This document shows positions 52,251 through 64,000 of a stretch of DNA of 64,000 bases, piece after piece (position 1 is the stretch's first letter; the number at the start of each line of letters is the position of its first letter). The notes under the pieces were generated by a model that saw nothing but the letters and a program-made list of their open reading frames with translations, did no database searches and had not been told where the DNA came from. The position numbers and the translations under genes are program-made. The DNA lies in contig NC_043013.1 of NCBI RefSeq assembly GCF_006345805.1, forward strand, positions 30,814,001-30,878,000, read 5' to 3'. This DNA is from Octopus sinensis (lineage: Eukaryota).

Positions 52251-52440
52251 CGTTTATATTATATTTATACGTTTATATACCTATCATATACTTATTATTA
52301 TTATTTTTTGCAACTTACCTAATCTTTGACATTTTATTGTTATTTGAATTTTGATTTTTATATTATATGTAATTTTCTAGATGGTGTAATTAAATTCTTC
52401 ATTATAAAGAATTAGGGGTTTTTTTTTTCTAATTTATATA
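51421..52440. repeat. ~130-bp direct repeats (51421-51550, 52311-52440) flanking a segment containing a (CTA/GCT)n tract
   Basis: GCAACTTACCTAATCTTTGACATTTTATTGTTATTTGAATTT...GAATTAGG occurs at both positions. Confidence 0.9.
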
Positions 52441-52624
52441 TATATATATATAATATTTTCCCTTGTAACTTTGGATTTTATTTCCTCAAATAATAATTAT
52501 ATATATATATTATATATATATATATATATATATCAAGAAAGAGCGGGGGAGAGGTAGATAGATAGATAGATAGATAGATATTATTATGGATATATGTCTG
52601 TGTCATTGAATATAAGTTGCAAAA

Positions 52625-52740
52625 AATATTTTTTGTATTCTAGGCACAAGGCTCGAAATTTGGGGGGAGGGGTTCAGTTGATTATATCGACCGCAGTACG
52701 CATCCGAAGGGATGAACGGCAAAGTCGACCTCGATGGAAG
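52625..52740 (-). mobile_element. Partial family-1 SINE
   Basis: CTAGGCACAAGG..TGGGGGAGGGG..ATCGACC.CAGTACGCA..CCGAAGGGATGAA.GGCAAAGTCGACCTCG is the reverse complement of the family-1 3' half. Confidence 0.7.
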
Positions 52741-53129
52741 GGACAAAATTATTAAAACCATATCAATACAATAATTTAATGTGTTAATGCAGTGTATGAC
52801 ACACAGGTTTAATGGATGGTCTAGGTTTTACTTATGTACATTTGAAAAATTCATCCAATTGCCTAAGTTTTACTTTTAAAACTTAAATTGTGATGTATAC
52901 GAAACATAGGTTTATATGTGTGATTGTACGCGCCTGTGTGTGCGTGTGTGCGTATTTGTGTATATGTATTATATAGTTTTAATAAAATTGTACATACGTT
53001 ATATGATTTACGAAGATAGTGATCACAAATTGACATCCTCCAGGGGAGAATTCATTGAAAGAACTAAATAGATTTGCCTTGACCACTTCGGTGCAAAAAA
53101 AAAAAACAGAAACTCAAAGAAATGTATCT

Positions 53130-53290
53130 ATGGGGCTGTCTAGTAAGATGCTTGCTTCTCAATCACAACGGTGTGTGGTTCAGTCCTACTGTATGTCACC
53201 TCGGGAAAATATTTTCTGCTATAGTCTCGGGCCAAAGAAATCCTTGTTAATGAATTTGCTTGATGGAGATTGGAAGTAGCCCGTCGTACA
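53130..53290 (+). mobile_element. Diverged family-2 SINE 5' half
   Basis: GGCTGTCTAGTAAGATGCTTGCTTCTCAATCAC..GGTTCAGTCC..AGCCCGTCGTA. Confidence 0.6.
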
Positions 53291-53323
53291 TACGTGCATA
53301 TACATCTGCATCTATCTATATAT

Positions 53324-53377
<54 letters not shown>

Positions 53378-53611
53378 TGTGAGTATGTGTGTGTGTGTGC
53401 GCGGGCGCGTAGTCTGTGTGCGTCTGTGTCTGTGTTTGTGTTAAGAGTAGTATCCCAGTATGGCCGCATTCTAAAAACTGAGACAAGTAAAAGAAAATGT
53501 AGAGCCTATTTTACCTTGCATAAACAATTATATGAAAATGTTCTCATACATATGCCGACTACTTCAGAAACACATATGGAAACATACGAGTTTTAAACGT
53601 AAATATTATTA

Positions 53612-53950
53612 ACTCTTTTACTTGTTTCAGTAATTTAACTGTGGCCATGCTGGAGCACAGCCTTTAGTCGAGCAAATCTACCCCAGGACTTATTCTTTGT
53701 GAGCCTAGTATTTATTCTGTCGATCTCTTTTGCCGAACTGCTAAGTTACCGGGACGTAAACACACTAGCATTGGTTGTCAAGCGATGTTGGTGGGGACAA
53801 ACACAGACACACAAACACATATATATACACACATATATATATATACATATATACGACAGGCTTCTTTCAGTTTCCGACTACCAAATCCACTCACAAGGCT
53901 TTAGTCGGCCAGTACTGAACCCGGAAACATGTGGTTGCTAAGCAAGCTAC
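53612..53950 (-). mobile_element. Family-2 SINE, internally deleted
   Basis: Reverse complement of 55449-55815 (ACTCTTTTACTTGTTTCAGT..GCCATGCTGGAGCAC..GCCGAACTGCTAAGTTAC..CTTCTTTCAGTTTCCG). Confidence 0.85.
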
Positions 53951-54273
53951 TTTATTTCATAAGATTTGTCATTACAGGCAGTACAAGGAGTGTGTAGCTT
54001 TGCGGGCTTGACAAATACATTAATGAATGAAAATTAAATAAAATGAATAAATGAGAGACGGAACCCAACACCCGCCGATTGGATTTTTCTCGAAAACATG
54101 TTTTCTTTTTATTTAAAAATCAATGTGCGGTTTCAAACCTCTTACAAGAAGGAGGCACTAAAACCTCTTACTTAACATGTTTTTTTTTTAAAAAACACAA
54201 TTGAGGTTATAAACCACTACAAATAATACAATAAGATGAAGTTTCAAACCCTCTAACGAGGCTTTTTCACCTC

Positions 54274-54693
54274 CTACTCTTCGATATATCCATCGATATA
54301 TTCATCATTATGTTCAATGCCGCTTGAGTTCCTGTATCCCGCCATTTCCCATGCCTCACTCATATAGGACATGTAAGTCGTGTAAGGGCCATCCGGACAT
54401 ATGCGACACTCCTCCTCAAATCCTTTAAGCGTTTCCCACAAGGGAAACCTAATGACCTCCACAGCTATCTATGGAGACCATTCGGGATCCCGTGTGAAGG
54501 GCATATCTACTGTCTTTTTATGTTCTTCTACTATTCTTTCCACCTCCCCGCCCTTGTAGAAAACGATAATTAATTGATCATATTTAAGGGTGGGGGTCGT
54601 TTCTTCCACCGTGGGTGGCACAACTTCGGGACATGCAGACCGCACATCATCTCCCCTCTGCGATGACCCGTTCTTCTTCTTTCTACTTACCAC
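54274..54693 (-). pseudogene. GC-richer ~140-codon reading frame with one in-frame stop, product unknown
   Basis: ORFs 54469-54693 and 54274-54462 are in the same frame (offset 231 nt), separated by a single TAG at 54469-54471. Confidence 0.35.
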
Positions 54694-55003
54694 ACAGCCA
54701 CTCCTACGCCTGATGATGTTGGAATCCTACATTTACGTAATATAGCAAGGGATATGAAGAAAATCTTTGATACTTTAAATGAAGATGTGGAAACAGGAAA
54801 AAGTTTGATTTGCAATGTAACTAAGCTATAGTACATCTATTAAATGCGTAATGTATACTCTATATTATTGCATGGAACTGTTCTTTACCTCAATTTTTCT
54901 TCATCAATTATATAGATACATATGCACCACTTATATATATGCGTATGTAAAAAAAAGATACTTCATGTATGTATACATACATGCGTATATATATATATAT
55001 ATA

Positions 55004-55058
<55 letters not shown>

Positions 55059-55448
55059 CTGTGAATTTAGAAGTTTAATACCATATACATGCATCCGTCT
55101 GTATGCGTGTATGTGTGTGCATTAACGTGGAGTTGTATGTAGGACATACTTTATTTCATGACTCATCTTTTTCATATACTTAGAGCAAGCTATAATTAAC
55201 ATCTATTGAAAAGAGTCTTTGTGTCTTTCTTTTTTTACTTACTAAATAGAAAAGAGACTTTGGATTTTATGGAAAATTGTGTATCGCAGAATAAGTTTTA
55301 CAAGTTTCCTTACAAATATAATATGAAGACATGTATAATTATATATTCTTTGTATATGTGTGCATATATTTGCAGTTATGTGTGTGTGTTTCTAAAAAAT
55401 ACGCACATACACACGCACTTACACACACATAGTGATAATTATATATAT

Positions 55449-55815
55449 AGGCGCAGGAGTGGCTGTGTGGTAAGTAGCTTACTTACCAGCCACATGGTTC
55501 CGGGTTCAGCCCCACTGCGTAGCACCTCGGGCAAGCCTTGTGAGTGGATTTGGTAGACGGAAACTGAAAGAAGCCCATCGTGTATATGTATATATATATG
55601 TGTGTGTGTATGTGTGTGTTGTGTGTTTGTCACCCCAACATCGCTTGACATTCGATGCTGGTGTGTTTACGTCCCCGTAACTTAGCAGTTCGGCAAAAGG
55701 AACCGTTAGAATAAGTACTAAACTTACGAAGAATAAGTCCTGGGGTCAATTTGTTCGACTAAAAGGTGGTGCTCCAGCATGGTCGCAGTCAAATGACTGA
55801 AACAAGTAAAAGAGT
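55449..55815 (+). mobile_element. Family-2 tRNA-derived SINE
   Basis: It has the head GGCGCAGGAGTGGCTGTGTGGTAAG (A box) and GGTTCCGGGTTCAGCCCC (B-box-like), an internal (TG/TA) tract and the tail GACTGAAACAAGTAAAAGAGTA. Confidence 0.88.
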
Positions 55816-55842
55816 ATATGTTCAATGTTTATAATATATATT

Positions 55843-56284
55843 CTAGTCGGAGAGCTGGCAGAATCGTTAGCACACCAGATAAAATGATAGGCAGTATTTG
55901 GTACGTCTTCACATTCTCAGTTCGAATTCCGCCGAGGTCGACTTTATCTTTCATCCCCTTTCGGGGCATATAAAATATGTGCCAATTGAACACTAAGGTC
56001 GATGTAATCGATTTAACCCATCCCCGGAAATTGATGATCTTCACCAAAATTTGAAATCAATATTTAAAATATATGTTCTTGACGGCGAGAGCACGCCGGA
56101 TAGAGTGCTCAGGAGCATTTCTTCGATCGTCATGTTGTGCGTTCAAACACCCACAGGGTTCACCTTCAATTCCCATCATTTCCGGATCAAAAGATATGAC
56201 GACGATCGAGCACCGGGAGTAGATGTGATCGATTTTCCCGCTCTTTCGGAATTCCTGGTCCGGTGCGAAAGTGGGAAACCAATA

Positions 56285-56316
<32 letters not shown>

Positions 56317-57385
56317 TATTATTATTCTCACCCTTTCTTTCAACCAGTTTTTCCTTTCCAATCATTCGCCATGATTGACCGGTAAAATCTACAATTTTTT
56401 TTCATTCTGTCTCTATTTATTTTTTCTTAATCCTTTCTGTTGAAGAGCGTATGCTCGAAACGTTAAAGACTTTTTATTTTCCCGTGCGTCAAACTAAAAC
56501 ACTTGCCTGTTGTTCATACCCCTGTCTTCAACTTTTGATTTTCTAAAATTCTCAAATATATATATATATATCTGAATGTGAAAACAATATATATATATAT
56601 ATATATATGCCTCTGTGTGTGTCTGTATATAATTCTATATTTTAAGTAGTCGCAGTGCTTCGATTCCTTTTTTTAAAAAATCACTTCGAATACTCGAGGT
56701 AATTAGGTTCATCGAAATGTTTGTCCTTTTTGAGCAAGTATGTTTTGTATTCCTTTCCGTTAATCAGTGAAATAAGCAATCGTATGAATTAACGTGTATT
56801 TAGCTGAACATTCTACATGTTGATCTCTAACCTAATTTTAAGGCAGAACTGGTACCAGTTGAGTAAAGGAGCCAATGTAATGGACTTTCCTCCTTCTCCG
56901 AAATAACTGTTGATGTGCCGAAATTTGAAATCAATATTTAAAATATATATTTTAGGCGGTGAACTGGCAGAACCCTTCACACACCTGACAAAATGCTTTA
57001 GAGTATTTTGTCTTTCTTTACGTTCTGAGTTCAATTTCAGATAAGGTCAACTTCGCCTTCCATCTCTTCGAGATCGATGAAATAAATATCAGTTGATATC
57101 TGTGGTCGATGTAAACGATTAATCCGCTCAGTCGGAATTGCTGGCTGTAGGCCAACATTTGAAATCAATATTTAAAATACATATGTTCTATTTGGCGATC
57201 GGGCAGATTCGTTTGCACGTCTGAGAAAATGCTTAGCAGCATTCCTTCCGACGTTACGTTGTGAGTTCAAATACGGCCTACGTTGACTTCACCTTTCCCA
57301 TTTCGGGTTCTTAAATACCAGCTGAACAGCGGGAGTCGAGGTGATCGATTTCCCACTTCCCCGAAATTAGTGGCCTTATGTAAAC
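55843..57385 (+). mobile_element. Cluster of diverged family-1 SINEs in head-to-tail arrays
   Basis: Units lie at ~55843-56060, 56080-56285, 56860-56945 (3' part), 56955-57175 and 57190-57385. They are joined by the linker TTTGAAATCAATATTTAAAATAYAT. Confidence 0.75.
56433..56468 (+). ncRNA. Minimal type-I hammerhead-like motif within a Penelope-type repeat (~56310-56560)
   Basis: CUUU-CUGUUGA-A-GAGC guau GCUC-GAAA-CGU-U-AAAG has stem I CUUU/AAAG, stem II GAGC/GCUC and a palindromic ACGU stem III. The core carries U at position 6. Confidence 0.6.
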
Positions 57386-58163
57386 AACATTTAATGTGTG
57401 TGTATGTGTGTGCGCGCGCGCCTGTGTACTGGACAGTGTGTTCAATTTCTATTTTAGAAATTCATTTTGAATCCCGAGGAAGTTATTTCGATCCCACTGT
57501 GTGACTTTGAGCAACTAGCATTTTCTGGTCGACTCCATTACAATCTGCTGATTTTCGTTAAACAGGGGGGGGGGGGAATCACCTGATCAGTGAAATAGAT
57601 AATCGCATGAATTAACGTGTACGCGACTAAGCTTTCCAGATGTTGATCTCTAAGCTAATTTTTAGGCAGAACTGGTGTAAAATATTTTTGTGAAATAGTT
57701 TTCCGTTTTCATTCATGAAAATAATGAAGTGCATAAATTCAGTGTGTAGCAATTTTTACATATGATTTGACAGAGAAGATGTAAGTTTCTCTCCTCCGGG
57801 GAAATCTATCGGAGCGAACTTACGAGTAATGTTTAAAATCATTTTTTGCTCCAGTAGATTCTGGGGTATCGAAAGTTATATCGGGGATCATGTGGTGAGA
57901 CCTGAATTTAATTATGCGCCTAATCAGTTTCTCTGTACTGTGTTCACAGAAGATTTGGCAATATTTGTTATACGTATTCCTTGCTAACTCTCTTGCTATC
58001 ACTATGGAGAAAGCTGTTGAACCACTGGGACGATGAGAGAATCTGCAGACCTAATTTCGTTGGCAAATGATTACACCGATTTCGGTTTGTGTCCCGTTTC
58101 CTCAGAGGCGCAATTCCCCTCTGCAAAATGTTATTTAACTTCCCATACCTACATACACCCCCC

Positions 58164-58200
<37 letters not shown>

Positions 58201-58373
58201 CCAGAATCAACGACTATTGGAAAGGTTACAAGGCGCGACGAAACTTTAAAAAACAAATAAGTAAATGAGTGGAAATTGAACTGGTGAGTGTGTTAAATAA
58301 TAAGACATTAAAAGAAAATGATTCTCCCCAGGCACAATGATATGTACATACACACACACAATCACATAATACA

Positions 58374-58409
<36 letters not shown>

Positions 58410-58427
58410 TACATGCATATGTATACA

Positions 58428-58468
<41 letters not shown>

Positions 58469-58534
58469 TGAGAGAGAGAGAGAGATAGACAGATAGATAG
58501 ATAGAGAGAGAGATTGAGAGAGAGAGAGATAGAC

Positions 58535-58575
<41 letters not shown>

Positions 58576-59945
58576 CATTTTTGTTCTTGATGTGATCTGT
58601 ATCGACACTTAAAATTATATAACTTTGTTGTAGGCCAGATGAAAATCATTTGCCTCGCTTCTGAGCTATTTTCTAAATCTGAAGGATAACAAGGTTTTGT
58701 TTGGAACATACATTGGTGACTGTCGCCAAACTCTAAAATCAACGATCTTACACGTGACGGACGATATAACTGATCATGTACATTTGATCTCCAGCTTATT
58801 ATGTACAGATTCGTATAGTCTGGCAGTGTGCTGGTTTGGGTGAGAAAGGTTTAAGTTTGGCAGACCGGAAAGTAATTTATCAGAGAACCTTGCCATTACA
58901 GGAAAAAAAAACATACTTTTCCCAAGTGAGATATTACGTTATTTGATTGATTTACTTGCTGGTTAATGCAAGATGCAACACGTGAATATTTTATCTCGCG
59001 AATCAAGTACAAATTAATAGGAAAACAAAATCTATAATGAACATCACCAGTACCCCTACTTCATTGTTTGTGGTTCTCTTGGTTTGGATATTCCACATTG
59101 CAAAGGTTCATTTTTTCCTTCATAAAATGTTTCTAAATTTGCATTTTCACCCACAGTGTTTGAATTTGCAGAGTTATTGTTGTATGCATTGCAAAGGGGA
59201 TTTGTAAGTCTACTGGTGCCATTAAATGTATGTGTAAACAGGTAGATTGACATTAAACACTGGAAAATAGCGTTTCAATATGCAACAATTAAATGGCAGT
59301 TCTGTTATTTAACCTCGGAATTTTATGTAGATGGTGGGGTATTTCGCAAGAGGTATGTTTGGGCGTACACGTACGTGTGTGTGAGTATGTGTGTGCGTGT
59401 GTGTGCGCGTGCACGAGTATGTCTGTAAATTTTAAAATTTACACTAAAAAGAACGATTTTATTTTATATCCATAAATTTCTGTGCTAAGATGGAACCCGT
59501 TTTCATCCATCCTCTCAGATATTAAACCGATGCTCGCAAATATATAAACCATTATTACAACATGTATATACGTATGTTAGTTCAATACTGGACTCACACA
59601 ATGTCACAAGAGCAGTAAATATCCGATGGTTGGGCTACATATATTTTGAGATTAAAATATCGACGCTTGAAACAACGGAAGATATTTATTATACATTGTA
59701 TATTATTCCTATAAGAAGAAAACGGTGATATACTTAATTTTCATGCGATTACACAAGCCACATAATTGCAAAATGAAGGCAACAGAACAATCAAAACCGT
59801 CAAAAGATGTGTAGTCTATCCTTGCTCACAATATCTCACGGAGAAAGAAAAAAACAAACGAACTAAAAAAAACGTGTGGTGTGGTGAAAAAAAAGATTAC
59901 TGCGAAAAAAAATGACACTTCGTAACAAAGACTTCAAAGGGGAGA

Positions 59946-61667
59946 TATTCTAGGGAATTAGTAATATTGGTACACCCCTCCTGCGTAACGAATGGAATAA
60001 CCTAGTCACTATAGGTAAATAGAGTACTTAGTAGGCGCTCGAAGAGTTTGTCGTGTCGTTACTGGTTTTACTAAGTATACTATATATCGAAATGCCGTTA
60101 TAACAATCCAAAATAATAAAGACATAACCGTGGCGACAAGGAATTACACAACTCACGAGGAATTATTAAACTCGACAAGGATAAGCCAATTCACGTGGAG
60201 TTAATAGAAGCTCGAAAAATTAGCACACTGTGTTACAGGAAAACGATTATATTTTTACGGTGAATTCGTATGTAATGCCACATTTCGAGGGCAAACGGAA
60301 AAGGCAAAGATATACCTGTTAAAAAGTTCATTTAATTTATTCAATACAGAGTGTATGGAACTGTTGAAGTTACGGGATACGCCTATATGTATTTTGTGGG
60401 GAAATAAAGTCGCTTCAGTCGAAGGTTCGAATGTGGTTGAGTGACTGAAACCAAACATTCCAGTAAAACAGAATGAAACACCTGTATGTAAGACAAAATA
60501 AAAGGGAAAATTGCCCACGATCAATATAAAAGTAAATGTTCCATTATCGAGAATATACATCGATTTCGCTGGTCCTTTAAATGATTCTTATTACTTAGTA
60601 GTATTTGATAGTTTCTCGAAATGGTCTGAAATTTGTATGCGTTAAAAGCCAACCTCCTCAACTGTGATAATATTTTTACACGAAGTATTTGCAAGGTTTG
60701 TCATCCCAGGTACGACAGAGTCTGACAGTAGATCGCAATTTTTGTCTATCGAATTCAAAAAAAATTGAAACCTTCAAAGTAGAACAAATAACTACGGCAT
60801 CATACCATCCCAGATCTAATGGACAGACAAAACGTTTTGTCGATACATTCAAAAGAGCCCTTAGAAAAACGAATAAGGAAGTCGAGATTGAGGTAGCTAC
60901 AACAATTTTTAAGAGTATACCGGGTCACAGGAAATGTGTGTACACCAACTGGTACCTCACTAGCGGAGCTAATGTTTGCAAGGAAAGTAAAATCAGCCTA
61001 TGATAAATTGCTACGTGGCAAGAAAAGAAAGTACCAGGGAAGATATAGCAAGACTCTTTAAAGTTGGTGAAAAGGTGTATATGAGGGCATACAAGAATGG
61101 AAAGCTGAGTTGGGAAGATTGAGTAATTACCGAATGTATAGCTAAAATAATGCATTGGGTAAAAAGTAGAAAAGCATACAAAAAAAAAGACACAGGAAAC
61201 AACTGAAAAAGAGATTTGTGAAAAGCCAACCAAAAAGTTGGAGGAGCAGATGGAATGGTTGTACGATACGTTCCAACTACCTACGCCACTGCAGTTGATT
61301 GAACCCAAGCGTAAAGAGAGAGGAAAAGAAAACATACATAGTTTCTAAAAATAGATGCCAAGAGCAAAGATATTAAATCATAAGAAAGCAAAATAAAAAA
61401 AAACTGGAAAAAAAATCGAAGTGGGGGTGAATCCAAAATGATTATTGCGAAATAAAATGACACGTCGTAAGAAAAAACATAAAAGAGGATATGTAAGGAA
61501 TTAGTAATAATGATACACTCCTCCCACGTGACGAAGGGAATAACCTAGTCACTATTAATAAAGAGAGTATGTAGTAGTCAGTCGCAGTTAGTTGTGTCTT
61601 TATTGGTTTTACTAAGTATACTCTATACCGAAGTGTTGTTATTAATATCCAAACATTTTAAGGATTA

Positions 61668-61669
<2 letters not shown>
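59946..61669 (+). mobile_element. Internally deleted Ty3/Gypsy LTR retrotransposon relic
   Basis: LTR-like direct repeats lie at ~59946-60128 and 61492-61669 (TGTAA...TTACA). A PBS-like TGGCGAC is at 60131 and a PPT-like AAAAGAGGA precedes 61492. Integrase motifs are SRIYIDFAGPLNDSYYLVVFDSFSKWSE, EVFARF and TASYHPRSNGQTKRFVDTFKRAL. No RT or RNase H is seen. Confidence 0.8.
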
Positions 61670-61726
<57 letters not shown>

Positions 61727-61760
61727 TATTATTATATTATTATTATATTATTATTATTAT

Positions 61761-61836
61761 TCTATGTTTGACTTTTGCTTTATATTTGTACAAGTTGGCT
61801 TCAAGTCTCACCCAGAGACCTCAAGAGACAACAGGT
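61761..61836 (-). mobile_element. Extreme 3' tail of Dong family C in an (ATT)n tract
   Basis: The reverse complement CCTGTTGTCTCTTGAGGTCTCTGGGTGAGACTTGAAGCCAACTTGTACAAATATAAAGCAAAAGTCAAA matches 15160-15230. Confidence 0.8.
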
Positions 61837-61846
61837 TTATTATTAT

Positions 61847-61878
<32 letters not shown>

Positions 61879-63051
61879 ATATTATTATTATTCGTTTATC
61901 ATCGCGTTTAGCCTCACATTCATTCCTTTGGTTCCGTATATGACAGTCACCTATCTTATGAGCATTCAACAAAGACCTATGAATACACAAGATCATTGAG
62001 ATTCCTTCATTCCAATAGCGAGAACATAAAACATTTTATTAGTGATTATGCAATATTTTTAAGATTGCAGAACGCATCTCGCCATAGCGAATTCTTGACT
62101 AATACGTACTCATTTTCGTGTCGACCTGGTAACACGTACAAGAACTTACGTATATATACACTCAAATATACAAGCATATAAATCAATATGTAGACAGAAA
62201 TAATGTAACGCAGTACATCACATATTCAACAGGCGATTTTTATAGTAAATTCTAAGGACTTCAATGGACGACAGGGTTCTTTTATTTCTCTTGAAATACA
62301 TAGATGATCTACGAGACAGGAAATATCTAGAGATAGAACGAAACGTTACACACAATATGAAAGAAAACACTAGAAGCTGAACGACCTTTTCTCATTTTTA
62401 AACGGTTTCAATTGTATTATTATAAAATTTATTCGGGAACAATTTTTAAGTACTACACACACCTACGCACACGCGCACGCACAAAGACACGCACACAAAC
62501 AAACAAACACACAAACAAATTATATTAGACTCTGCCACTTGACTGAAGTAGTTACTAGATCAAGTAGATTACTTTTCAATAGAAAATAAGATTAAGCTTC
62601 CTGCATACATAATGTATCTTTCGTAAATGAGTTTCGTATTGTACAGTTGATCCACCATGATACAAATGTAATCTTCAACCAGTTTTTCATATCTCAAATC
62701 TTGTGCCAGTAACACCAGCTCTCAAACGGCTCTGAAATCAGTGATCCGTATCAGAAAGTCCACAAATATCTTGCACTTGAGATGCAAACTAATACAACAC
62801 GCAATACCCAGGATCATAGTCCAGAGGAATAACTTCAGTATCTCCCGCAAAAAACGTGATGTACTTATAACGCAAAAAGTATAGACAAACAGTAGTTAAT
62901 ATTCTGATTCTAAATTCTTTTAAAACATCTACCCAAAATCATATATTACAGATTACTGGCCACAATCATGAACACTACCATGGACGAAAATATACATATA
63001 CATAAGTAATACATATACATAAGTATATGTATATAACTATATGTATCTATC

Positions 63052-63121
<70 letters not shown>

Positions 63122-63133
63122 TATTAATAATAT

Positions 63134-63168
<35 letters not shown>

Positions 63169-63388
63169 GTTACTAAACCAGAAGAAAATTCTGTTACTCA
63201 ACCAGAAGAAAATTCTAACTGGGACCCACCTGCAAGGTCATGTGCTGTTAATCTTGATATGAAATCACCATGTCACGCACATATGGTTGTGATGCATGTG
63301 CCTGGTGTACCCTTATCAGATGGGTAGTCATGATGGGTATACTGGGCTTCGTATATTTTACCCCAGTGTCACTTTGATGGCATACACT
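63169..63388 (+). mobile_element. 5'-truncated copy of the 555-bp (AAT)n-embedded element
   Basis: Near-identical to 21805-21995 and flanked by (AAT)n. It has a short duplicated 5' junction (GTTACT..CCAGAAGAAAATTCT twice). Confidence 0.85.
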
Positions 63389-63395
63389 GAAAATG

Positions 63396-63496
<101 letters not shown>

Positions 63497-63557
63497 AATA
63501 ATAATAATAATATTAATAATAATAATAATAATAATAATGATTATAATAATAATAATA

Positions 63558-64000
63558 CACCAGAAATTACCAAAAACATGCAATGAAAAGAAATATTACA
63601 AGTAACTGCAGAATATGTGGAGATGGACAAGAAACAATAAATCATATTATCTCTAGCTGCCCAGTCCTGGCTAAGAAGGAATATATTCACAGACATGACA
63701 GAGTTGGAACCTACATACATTGGAAGCTATGCCAACATTATGGAATAACAACAGAAAAAAGATGGTATAGGCACACACCAGAAAAGGTCACAGAAAACGA
63801 GAAAGCAACCATACTCTGGGATATGCCGATACACACAGATAGAGAAATTAAGGCCAACAGACTAGATATAGTTGTCAGAGATCATGAAGAAAAAAAATGC
63901 TTGATGTATCGATACCGGCAGATGACAACGTGTCTCTAAAAGAAATGGAGAAACTCTCAAAATACAAAGACCTGGAAATAGAGGTAACTAGAATGTGGAA
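63558..64000 (+). mobile_element. 5'-truncated R4/Dong LINE (CCHC plus RLE), running off the window end
   Basis: RNYQKHAMKRN..CRICGDGQETINHIISSCPVLAKKEYIHRHDRVG..ILWDMPIHTDREIKANRLDIVV, then after a small deletion DVSIPADDNVSLKEMEKLSKYKDLEIEVTRMW. It starts directly after (AAT)n. Confidence 0.88.

Noticed and set aside
57774-57786. 7-nt plus-strand microexon (TTGACAG|AGAAGAT|GTAAGT)
   Set aside because: It is not frame-preserving, has a weak pyrimidine tract, and no supporting exons are nearby.

Overview
This is AT-rich eukaryotic DNA made almost entirely of microsatellites and transposable elements. The SINE families, RTE (GAT)n tails, Penelope remnants and abundant Dong/R4 LINEs point to a cephalopod genome, most likely Octopus; that is an inference from the repeat content. 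I found no confidently supported host exon, rRNA, tRNA gene or CRISPR array, so the window reads as intronic or intergenic. The main feature is a near-intact, full-length R4/Dong-clade non-LTR retrotransposon (about 17031-21000) with RT, a CCHC finger and a restriction-like endonuclease. Its ORF of about 1,230 codons is broken only by one +1 shift in an A7 run. Truncated copies from at least two other Dong families and a non-coding 555-bp passenger element also sit in (AAT)n tracts, always in the same orientation relative to the repeat. Other content includes non-autonomous Helitrons (one a nested, internally duplicated 5-kb composite), Academ-like, hAT-like and Tc1 transposase relics, Penelope relics with minimal hammerhead motifs, an L1/Tx1-like ORF1 relic, an internally deleted Gypsy element, tandem SINE arrays, a 77-bp-arm hairpin and a 100-N gap. 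Translations and alignments were done by eye, and no database search was run.
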